DNA of 64,000 bases. It comes from Ramazzottius varieornatus (taxonomy: Eukaryota; Animalia; Tardigrada). The notes under the pieces were generated by a model. That model was not told the DNA's origin. It searched no databases and worked only from the letters and a program-made list of their open reading frames with translations. The stretch is from positions 4,330,448 through 4,394,447 of the forward strand of contig BDGG01000002.1 of the NCBI GenBank assembly GCA_001949185.1. The letters run 5' to 3'. Shown in pieces: positions 24,601 through 35,213 of this stretch. Each line of letters starts with the position of its first letter. Position 1 is the stretch's first letter. Position numbers and translations under genes: made by a program.

Positions 24601-27600
24601 CCTCGCACAACTTCCGCTCCAATAACCACAGGGCCCACCAAGGCGCCTACCCGCGAACCTTCAGTCTACCACGACAACAACTATCCCCCATACGGTTCAC
24701 TCAACGTCAACCCGTTCTTACCGTGTTCCCCGCTGACAGAACCAGAAGTGACCAATGGGGTTTGCGTCGACTCCGCCCAGATAGCTAACAAGTGCATGTC
24801 CATGCGAGCCTCAAAGAGTTCCAACTGCGCTCCTTACCAATTCTGCTGCTTCAACAGCAGCATTGCTCCAACTCCCACCGATAGTTACTACGACGCTCCG
24901 TCGACGACTACCGAGACCTCTCCGAGAGACACTTCGTGCACACCGGTAACGGCACCTTCGGTAACCAACGGGGCTTGTGTGGCCGCAAGTCGAATATCCA
25001 CCCAGTGTAAAGGACAGAGAATAGCCAAGTCTAGCCATTGTGTCGGCGGACAGTACTGTTGCTTCTCCGGTGACGGTGATACCGGGACAGGTAACGGGGG
25101 TGGCGGGACGGCGACTTACCCGCCTGGTAGCCAAACCAGCACCTGTACACCAGTTACACAGCCTTCTATCACAAACGGCATGTGTGTGTCTTCCTCCCAA
25201 CTGAATGTAGTTTGTCGCGACCTGACATTCGCCAAATCTTCCAGCTGTAACACCGACGAATACTGCTGCTTCCAGCCCACGGTTTCCCCAGGACAGCCCA
25301 CAGGTCCAGGCTCTTGTTCACCGGTTAGCAATCCATCGGTGACGAACGGTAGATGCGTACCGACCAGCGACCTCACTTCCCAGTGTCGTGGTAATCAAGT
25401 TTCCAAGTCGCCTAACTGCGCCTCTGGGCAGTTCTGCTGCTTCACTTCTCCCCCCACCAGTGGTAGCCAGGTTCAGTACGGTGGCACTTCCGATCAGCCA
25501 AGTGGAATGGTGACTTGCAGTCCTTCTACGCAGCCTTCGGTCCATGATGGTATGTGCGTCGACCAGAGTCAACTCTCATCGAAATGTCAGCAGCTAACTT
25601 TTTCCAAGTCGCCTGACTGTGACAAGACTGGAGAGGTGAATGTGTATTGCTGCTTCAACAATAGCCAGTCCGGCATGACGATACCGACGAATGTGAACGA
25701 TGGAGCTACTTGTTCGCCCAACTCGGAACCTTCAGCGAGTGGCCTTTGTGTTAGCACCAGATTCTTGACCAGTCAGTGCAGGAACCAGCGGCTTTCGAAG
25801 TCAACACAGTGTCGGCCTGACCAGTTTTGCTGCTTTGGAGGCTCATCGAACCAACCTGGAACACCAGGTAACGTTTCCGCTGGAATTAGTGTAGTCTTTG
25901 TGAGAATATAGGCGCTTGGCAAGCAAACTCGACGAGATCATTATTCCAAGCGGCGCGCGTCGCCAGCCAATAACAGTAGAAATTTGCACCACTTAGGAAG
26001 ACGATCTTGTCAAGTTTGTTTGTCAAGCTCTCATGCTATAAAGTCATGAAACTTTTCAAGACTGCTGATCCTTATTGTCCTCGTTCTCTTCAAATCCAAA
26101 TTTTCTTCTAGATTGGTTCGGTTAGATGATAACTGAATATCGTTCCAACCGGTGGGGTTTCTCTCTAGGCTATAACGGTGGTGATGGCGGTCAGACCGTC
26201 GCCAGTGGCGCTTCCTGCAGTCCGAACTCTGCGCCTTCAGTAACAAACGGTCAGTGCCGGAACCCGGATGAGCTGAACATTCAATGCCGCGGTCAACGAC
26301 TGTCCAAGTCAGGCCAGTGCGGAAGTGACCAGTTCTGTTGCTTCAGCGGGGATACTATCGCCGGCGGTGGCAGCCAAAGCCCTTCTGGTTCAAATGTTGC
26401 AAGTGGCGCGATGTGTAGTCCCAATTCGGCACCTGAAGTGACCAACGGCAAATGCCGAAATAATGACGAACTGGTTGCGCAGTGTCAGGGCCAGCTGGTC
26501 TCCAAGTCATCGAGCTGTGCAGTGGCTCAGTTTTGCTGTTTTCTTCGACCGAGCACTGACTCCGGAACCCCAACACCCCAGCCAGGTACAGCATTGTTAT
26601 CCACAATAGGCGAAGAAATCCTAATTTCCGGCCTGTAAATTATATTGTTTCTGCAGATGGACAAACTTCGAGTGGTACTATGTGTAGTCCCAACACGGCA
26701 CCCAAAGTCACCAACGGTGTCTGCCATAATCTGGATGAAGTATCTACCATGTGTCGAGGACAGCGGTTATCGAAGGCGTCCCAGTGTTCCGGCAATCAGT
26801 TCTGTTGCTTTAATGGCAGCTCTGACGGTTCCACAGGTTAGTGTTATAAGCAGCAACTTGCGAAACTTTCCGCCAGACTGAAGTAAGTGTACCAAAGTTG
26901 CAAATGCAGGTTACCAAAATGGTGGTGGAGCCGGAAGTGGCCCGCTGCCGGCAGAAGGAAACGCCTGCTGTCCGTCTACGGCTCCTCAAGTGACAAACGG
27001 TCGATGCTTCAACATGGCGCAGTTATCCACCCAGTGTCAAGGACAGCGAGTTTCAAAATCAGCACAGTGTGCCACTAGTCAGTTCTGCTGCTTCAGTGAG
27101 GATACCACTACGACCACTACTCCTTCGGCTCCAGGTTCGCCCTGTTCTTTTCTTTCCAGTAGTATACGATGGTCGCTCACTATAATGAGCACCTCCTTCA
27201 TGCAGGAAACCAATGCCCCGACGGAGTTCAAGTTGTAAACTGCCTAGTCGACCCCTGCCGCGTGACAACGTGTTCTAACTTGCCTACCGCAAGCTGCCGG
27301 CCTGATTTCTGTGGTGGATGCAATGCCAGGTTCTTCTACGGCGATCAGGAAGTTACCAATCAGTGCGCGGGTAAAGACTGCTGAAGATTCCGAGACGAGC
27401 AGTCTGACGAAACGAATTTTTGCAGGCGCGCCAGTAACATCAACCCCTACCACCACCCCAATGGTTACAAGTACCGGGCCGACAAGACCCAGCGGGTCCT
27501 GTGTCCCGAGCAGTTCACCTGGAAGTAGTGGCGCTTGTGTCAACCAGAGCCAGCTATTATCACAGTGTCAGAATCAGCGACTGTCCAAATCTCCCGATTG

Positions 27601-30600
27601 CAGTCAGGGACAGTTCTGTTGCTTTAGCGGAGTTACCACTGTTACCCCGACAGCAGGTACCGTGTTTCGTTCAAGTTTTGCTTTTGGCCATTGGTTATAT
27701 TCTGAAGTAGGACATCAGTACGCTGATATCTGTACGACCTCCTGGTAATCCTGATGCTTTTTTGTAGGTAGCGTTACCGGTCCTACGGTTACACCAAAAC
27801 CGCCCGCAACCTGCGCTCCGACCACATCCCCCGACAGCACCGGCCGTTGCTTCAATCAGAGTCAACTATCCACCCAATGCCAAGGCCAACGCCTGTCGAA
27901 ATCGCCTGACTGTCAGGCAGGACAGTTTTGTTGTTTCGTTGACGGAGGACTTGTAACCCCCCCTCAGGGTTCCGGGTGCTCGCCTAGCTCCGAACCCCGC
28001 ATAACCAACGGTACTTGCGTTAACTTAGACCAGATGGCCAGCGTCTGTCGAGGACTCCGCCTATCAAAGTCCAGGAACTGCGAGGAGCGACAGTTCTGTT
28101 GTTTCGGCGGGCCACTGTCACCACCCGATATGGTCACTACCACACCGTTTACGACAACCTCCCAAGAAACAACTCGGCCTCCTCCCGGCAACCCGTGCCA
28201 CCCTTCGACGTCCCCCATCTCTACCGGGATATGTGTTCGTTCCCATCAGCTGACCGCCCAGTGCGTTGGTCAACAGTTCTCTATGTCTCCGGACTGCGCG
28301 ACAGCGCAGTTCTGCTGCTTCCAGCGCGACCAGACTGCAACTAACACTTCCGGCTACGGCTCGTACGGGTCTACAGCGTGCACACCCAATACGGAACCGA
28401 CGGTCAATGATGGCGTCTGCATGAGCGTTTACCAGATTGGGTCGGGGGTGTGCTCCGGCAAACGCCTTTCTAAGTCAGCTAACTGCCAACCTCAGGACTT
28501 CTGCTGCTTCGGAGGCTCAAGTAAGTAGAAAACCGGCAAATGAAATGGCTTCAACCTGATGGTTTTCCCAAGTGGCGCACTTTTTCATTCAATGACAATG
28601 GAAATATGCGTCACTTGAGATAGCGATCATGCCAACTTATGGGCCGACGTTCTCAGAGTCATGAGAATTAAATCTAGGTATCAATTATAACGTTTTTTTC
28701 ACCTTCTAGGCTCGCCTGCAGCTGTGAAGCAAGCCTTCGAAAAGCAATGTTCTCCAAGAACCGATCCCAGCGTATCGAATGGTCGCTGTGTCAGTCAGTC
28801 TTCACTGGAGTCTCAGTGTCAAGGAATGAGAATGTCAAAGTCCGACAATTGTACCCGAAGCGACGATTTCTGTTGTTTTCCGGCACAAAGCAACACTCTT
28901 CCAACATGTTCACCAATGTCAGAACCCACTGTCAAAGATGGCATGTGCCTTAACACAGACCAGTTGGCTGACCAGTGCCATACTGGAAGGTTCTCGAAGT
29001 CCGCGGGGTGCCTAAAGGATCAATTCTGCTGCTTCGACAGGACACCATCAAGCGCTGGTGAGTTTGGTTCACTACTACAAACTCAATTTCTTGAGAACTT
29101 CAACGACTATTCGGCTGATAACACCGTCGGCAAATGAACCGAACCAGACTGTTTTCTTAAGTGGCGCACTGTTTCGCTATGATTTGCTGTTAGTGTGTTC
29201 TGCCACTTGAGACAACCATCTGGTTGAGTACATTTGCCCTCTTCCTCTATATAACAGAAAACACCGTAGAAAATCACCAGTTTAATTGTCGGATTTTTCT
29301 CACATCCATTGGTTACAGATACCGGTAACGCAGTGGTCACCATCAAGATCACACAACCTTCGCAAATGAAACAAGCCATGGAGCAATGTAGCCCGATGTC
29401 CAACCCAGCTGCAGTGGGGCAATGCATGTCCATCTCTCAGCTGTCCATCAGCTGTCAAGGAAGACAGATTTCGAAGTCTGCCGACTGTTCTGACTCCATG
29501 GCGTTCTGCTGCTTCTCCAGCACTCCAACTGCAAAGGTCCCGTGCACTCCCAGCTCCAGCGCTGACAGTACCGGGTTCTGTGCAGATCAAAGTCAGCTAG
29601 TGAACCAATGTCAGAACCTCCGCTTTTCCAAGTCGGTCCAATGTACACAGCCGGGACAGTTCTGTTGCTTCGCTAACCCCATCCAAGCATCTCCACGAAA
29701 TCCCTGCAGTCCGGAATCGGAAGCTAACACGCGAGGTGTCTGTCTACTTCCGGCTGATCTCCAGGCTGAATGTGGTAACGGCCAAAGAGCAGCTAAGTCT
29801 TCGGACTGCACCACCAGGAGCCAATGGTGCTGCTTTAGTGGAACTTCCGGTCAGCTGGCAAGTCAGATCAAGGAAACACTCTCAACGGGCCCGATTGTTT
29901 CCGGGTCTGCCCTGTCCGAGTCCACAACAGGTAACCGCCACCCATTCCAATAAGATCCAGTTTATGATAAGTGGGATAATTTATGGTAAAACGAAACGTA
30001 CAAGATCGCTGTTGTAAGTGGCGCAGATTACCAGCCACTGAGAGTGAAAACCTGCGCCACTTGAGGTGACGATCTTGAACATTTCGTTTGCCGATCTCCC
30101 ATTTATTATAGTGAACACTTGTACACGTTAATAAGGGTCTCTTATCTTACAGGTAATATTAGTGACGTTCTCAGTCACATTTCTCTCCTGGGCGGCGACG
30201 GTGGTGTTTCTCTCTCAGTCAGTAGTACTGCTCAAGTAGCCACGAATATAGGGTTATTCCCCGGAGTCTCTCCAGGCTTCTTGACTCCAGGGGCCTTCAA
30301 CATCACGACCTCTAAAGCCTCAGTTAACACCACCATGCAACAGTTCTGTCGACCCAACAGCGACCCACGCATCACACACGGTACCTGTATGAAGGTCCGC
30401 GAACTCCAAGCCAACTGCGCGGAAAAACGAGCCTCGCCATCCGCTGACTGTCCACGCTTCTCATGGTGCTGTTTCGACGAATCGGAGGAAGGACTGACGA
30501 CGAGCACTCAGCCCACCGACCTCGCTCTGGTCAACCCAGTCAAGATCGACATCCTCCTCAATCCGCAAGTCAGTCCCGTAGAACAAGTCGCCAGCTGTAC

Positions 30601-31617
30601 ACCCAACACTAACCCCAGCGTCAAAGATGGTTCCTGTGTAGACGCTAGCCGGCTGACCACTGTCTGTAAAGGCTTCCGGGTAGCTAAGTCCAGTGGCTGC
30701 GCGACCAACGAGTTTTGTTGTTTCAACACGAGTATCGCAGTGGCTGAAATCGTGGTACCTGTCCCTATCGCACCGCTGACCGCCACTAGGTTGACCGTAT
30801 CGACGAACAACCAGTCGATCTGTACACCTGGTGATAACAAGCTAATCCATAACGGCCAGTGCATGACCATGCGACAAATCAGTAACAACTGCGTGGACCG
30901 AAGAGCCGCGCCAAGTCTTGATTGCAGCATTGGGGAATGGTGTTGTTACGGCGAACCATCAGGTAACAGGGTGCAACTTGCCGCATCGGCGGAGAGCTTA
31001 CAGTGTGCTCCGAACTCGCGACCTTCGCTGAGGAATGGTGCTTGTATGACGGTGAGAGAACTTCAAGAAGTTTGTGTGGAACACCAGGCAGGACCTTCAG
31101 ACGATTGTGAAATGGGTAAGTGGGACATGAGCAAAATAAGGAACCAGATCGTTGTCTCAAGTGGCGCACGTTTTCATCAATTTTGGCTGAAGAAGTGCGC
31201 CACTTGGGAAAACGCCCTTATTCAATCCATTTGCTCAGGTTCCAAGTATCGTTTAGTGTTTCTCCCGAATTAGTTTTTTATGTCGCGTCTGCTCTTACAG
31301 GGAAATGGTGTTGCTATAGTGAAAATGGGACGGGTGTGGTGAACAAGGAAGGTAAGGTGGTAATGGCGGCCTTGACGCAAGAAGTGGCTACGCAGCCACC
31401 GGTGGAGGATCCAAGTTGCATACCGAATGCGGAACCACAAGCAACGGACGGCAAGTGTCTGTTGACGAAAGACCTAAGAACGAAGTGCAGGAACAGAAGA
31501 GTGTCCAAGTCACCGCAGTGTCATCTTGGCCAGTGGTGCTGTTTTACCGACCCGAAAGCCGACCCGTTTCTGACGGAGAACGGAATGCAGATGGGAAGAG
31601 ATCATGTACTGCTTTGA
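18639..31617 (+). CDS. Giant secreted mucin-like protein with about 40 tandem six-Cys modules (unnamed gene 2, paralog of gene 1)
   Basis: Signal-peptide-like MTAPIVPLVKRAFQFFLFCCILSRSLSQS; exon 1 ends at 18921; exon 2 (19064-21077) has a Gly/Asn/Tyr-rich region. Many exons encode modules such as CSPxxxPSVTNGxCxxxxQLxxQCQGQRLSKSxxCxxxQFCCF. Stop at 31617; AATAAA near 31929. I assume a single gene from continuous GT-AG phase compatibility. Confidence 0.8.
22248..22355. repeat. N25 palindrome (gene 2 intron)
   Basis: GAGTGGCGCAC + 25 nt + GTGAGCCACTT. Confidence 0.8.
23633..23746. repeat. N25 palindrome (gene 2 intron)
   Basis: GTCGGCAATGAA...CAGTGGCGCAC + 25 nt + GTGCGCCACTT...TCATTTGCCGAC. 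Confidence 0.85.
25914..26028. repeat. N25 palindrome (gene 2 intron)
   Basis: AAGCGGCGCGC + 25 nt + TTGCACCACTT, with long pairing arms. Confidence 0.8.
28533..28648. repeat. N25 palindrome (gene 2 intron)
   Basis: AAGTGGCGCAC + 25 nt + ATGCGTCACTT. Confidence 0.8.
29126..29238. repeat. N25-family palindrome (gene 2 intron)
   Basis: GTCGGCAAATGAA...AAGTGGCGCAC + ~28 nt + ...TGCCACTTGAGA...CATTTGCC. Confidence 0.8.
29984..30095. repeat. N25 palindrome (gene 2 intron)
   Basis: AAGTGGCGCAG + 25 nt + CTGCGCCACTT (compensatory C>G / G>C change). Confidence 0.85.
31128..31240. repeat. N25 palindrome (gene 2 last intron)
   Basis: AAGTGGCGCAC + 25 nt + GTGCGCCACTT. Confidence 0.85.
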
Positions 31618-31989
31618 GTTTGAGAATGGCCCGTGATAGGGTTCAGATCAAAAACGCTCAATTTGTTGAATCTGTGAGGTTCGACTTGGTTTCTTCATAT
31701 TTCCGGTGAAGACTTTTGTTGTAAGACTGAATCTTTTTATTTCTTCTACATTTCACACAGTCTTTTCAGTCCTTATCGTTTATTGTTCTGTTTCAGCAAC
31801 ATAGTTTCTGGTCGTACATAATTTATTGTTTATACGGAAACCACTTTCTGCAGATTGTCTGCTTTGACCCATCTTTTCTTTTCAGGACAAAGAGTCAAAG
31901 GCTGCCTTGACAAGAATTTCAAATTTTAAATAAAAACCAATGAAGTATCTTGCAGAGATGACTCTCACACTATGTCGTAGTCAAACGTT

Positions 31990-33466
31990 TTATACGATCT
32001 TCTCAAGCTCTCTTGCGTAACTCAACATAGTCTCAGCTACTTCCTGGTACGAAAGGGCCGTCATATCAGCCAACGTTGGTTGTGGTCGGTCAACATCCAT
32101 GTCAGCTTCGAGGCCGAAGTCATCTTGAATCAGATTCCTTTCGGTGTCAAACTGGAAGACACCTCCGTGACCGATCTTCCACTTATTCTAAAACGAGCAA
32201 AAACATTGGGTACGACGATACACTTCTCCGCCGATACACACTTTCGATAAGACGTCTTCCCAACTATATACTATATCCGACAATATTATCTCCATATACA
32301 TGACTACGCCTGACAGCTGACCTTATCTACGTAGGATTTGAACTCAGGCTCCGTAGCAAAGAAGAGCATTCTCCGAGCCGAGTCAGCGCTTATTATAGGA
32401 CAAGATCGCTTGATACACTTGGCAATTTCAGCCCTGCAAACACGCAACATTAAGATGGAATAACACAGGTATCGAAGACTACGTAAGAATAATCCGAGAG
32501 AAAATCCTAAAAAAGAATGTACCAGAGCTTTACCGTGTTGTTTCAGCCAGCAGTTCCATGAAAAAGCTGTAGCTGGGAGCAGGTATGCTCTTATTAGCGG
32601 AGAAGATTTTGCTGTAGCTACCCTCCATCAGACACCGCTCCAGCTGCACAGGGAAACTCAGGTACGGATCCTTCTCAATAGTGTCCAGGGACATCAGTTC
32701 CACTTCGCTGTGGAAGTCACCGAGGCGATTCTCGGCTAGGAGGGACAGGAGGTATAAACCGAGAAACTGGTTCATCAGCGAAGATTCCGGTATACCACCC
32801 CTGTACAGTGAATGTCAACAAAGAAATGAGTCAAAAGTGTCCCAGCAATGGAAATGCACTTCGATATAGTTCACCGAACATGCCCAGTAGTGCTAGCGAT
32901 AATTTCCGAGAACGATATCGAATACTATTCGGCGTAAAGCGAACAGCAAGTTCGTTCTTCTCGTACATATACCGGTAATTGTATAACCATCAGCAATTCC
33001 TCATTAAAACACAAAGATCTTACTTGACATCGTAATAGTAAACTTTGAGCTGATCAATGTGGCGCTGAAAGCCCTTGATATCTCTGTCGAAGATGGCAAA
33101 CTGAGCTCCCATTTCCAACACATCTCCTGTAGACAAATAAGGATAGCGAATTAACGATAACAGGAATTCGAATCGCATCAGTCCGCACTAGCGGGTATGT
33201 CGTGGATGGACTCTTACTTGCTAGGACAATCTCTTGCTTCGATGCTTCCCCTTCTGCTGTGGGTATGAAGTGATGTTCTGTAAGGGCTACCTACAACAGA
33301 ATGGTTAGCGATCAGTGGATGGAATGAGACTCAAGCGATCAAACATAGAACGTACCTTCAGTTGGTTGAGTAACGTTTCGCACTTGCTCTTTTCCATCGG
33401 CTTCTTGTTCCATTCCTCAGTCAGCTGACGGTAAAGGGCCATAACGTTCTGAAGCCCGGCAGCCAT
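31990..33466 (-). CDS. PSMD8: 26S proteasome non-ATPase regulatory subunit 8 (Rpn12)
   Basis: MAAGLQNVMALYRQLTEEWNKK...; exon MNQFLGLYLLSLLAENRLGDFHSEVELM...PVQLERCLMEGSYSKIF; C-terminus ...SYARELEKIV* (stop 31990-31992). Confidence 0.93.
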
Positions 33467-33566
33467 CTTGATATCGAAAAGTACAGCAGCGCACGAAAAG
33501 TGCTCCTTGGGAATCGGGAGATTGGAAATTAATGTGACCGAAGAGTGAAGAGTCACTCACCGTCAC

Positions 33567-33947
33567 TAGCTAGACTCAAAGCTGGCGTTTACCTAAGTTT
33601 GGGCCGTTTGTTTAGCTAAACGGACGTTGGGATTGATCAAGCTCGCCAAACAGACCCCGCCCACTCAGTTTAGCTAAACGGATTGAAATCGTCCATTTAG
33701 CTGAACGGAGCCTGTTAATCGCTCCGTGATGTCGGCATCGTGTGCGAAAACGTTCCACTCAAAAAATTCCCTTCAATGTTTCTGACGTCACAGCCTTTTC
33801 TACGTCATTTGGTATGTTAGACTGTGATTGATTATTTCGGCACTCAGACCTGAAATTTCAATTGATTACGTGATTGGTTGATTTACTTAAACAAACGCCG
33901 TTTTTAAACGACTACTTTTACGTAAACGCCAGCTTTGAGTCTAGCTA
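33567..33947. mobile_element. MITE with 26-bp perfect terminal inverted repeats
   Basis: TAGCTAGACTCAAAGCTGGCGTTTAC at 33567 and its exact reverse complement ending at 33947. Internal TTTAGCT(A/G)AACGGA repeated three times. The TSD is ambiguous (TA or TAGCTA). Confidence 0.85.
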
Positions 33948-34676
33948 CTGAGTGGTGAAGTGGTTCCAGCAGTGTTCGGCAGCTAAACATTCCATGCTAG
34001 TCAGCATGGCTCGCCATACCATGATAGAGACCCGAAATGGCCAGCCTTCATCACATTCAATCGGCGAACCGGAAGGTTCACCCGCCCACTGTCGAGCTGC
34101 TACAAGTGTACCAAAAATTAACCGTCGAAAAAGGGTGTTGCATGGAGCCAGGTGGAAGTGACAAATGCACATGGAACGAGCTACAGTTCTTGTTGGTCGC
34201 ACGTTATTAAGGTCCAGTTCGGTTGTCATACCCATTATTGACGGTCAACTTTTCGTTCACTTGTAAACCGACCAGCCCAGTATTGATTGTCAATCAACTC
34301 AGCAGTGGTCGGTTTACCAGGTAGCAGCTCATCAGTGCTTGTGGTATACCACAAGCTGCTCCTTCTTAAAGCGAGGTGAGAATCTTGTGCACGTAGGGAA
34401 GAGCCATCTTGTGTCCAGTGCTACAAGGAACCCCCTGGCGCACAGAAGTAAGGTTTTGGTGCTTGCAAACAATGAAACTTAACTTTTTAGATTGATAACT
34501 CCTCCTCACGACGAGCTGTTTATGTCGCAAACGGTTGATTTGAATTTTGAGTTTGCTTGATCAACGGAAGTTAGTCGTGAGTGGGGCAAAATTGAGTTTT
34601 GCAAGTCTCGGAAACGAGACCGGAAACGCGCGAGTTTTGCGGGGTAAGTCTGTAGGCAACTTTGCCTCCTGACTAG

Positions 34677-35213
34677 TAGCGCTGGCGAAAATACGATATT
34701 TTTCGATACCGTATTTTCGATATATCGTATCATATCGCAGCGATATATCGATATTTCTGGAATTTTAGTTTTTCGGTATCCCACTGGTTCAAGCCCAAAA
34801 GCTCAAGGAGCCGATTTCCACATAAAGTATTAGTAGGATCGAAAGCGTCGGATGCAGCAAAGACATGACTATACCAAGACTCCAAACACCTGGAAACCTG
34901 GACAGAATTAGTACCAAAACCGAATGGGCGGAGTGTGCTCGGTACACCGTGGCCAAAATCAAGTCTTTGAAAATTGAGATAAACCATGGCCTTCCGTAAA
35001 CGAGATATCAATGGCGAGTTTGCGATTCAGCAAAATACCGATATATCGATAACATATCGATATGGCCCGATATGATATCGCCAAATATTTTATTTCGTTA
35101 TCCGATATGAGCTTCATATCGATATTTTCGATACGATATCTGCCGCATATTTTATCGCAAAGATTCGATATATTTTGATACGCTATCGGTATACCGTATC
35201 GTTGCTAGCTTTA
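34677..35213. mobile_element. hAT-type MITE with CGATAT subterminal repeats
   Basis: Perfect 8-bp TSD CTGACTAG (34669-34676 and 35214-35221). Imperfect TIR TAGCGCTGGCG vs TAAAGCTAGCA. Dense CGATA/TATCG motifs at both ends. Confidence 0.85.

Noticed and set aside
10158-31617. Calling the modules chitin-binding peritrophin-A (CBM14) or EGF domains
   Set aside because: The terminal adjacent CC and the cysteine spacing do not fit either family.
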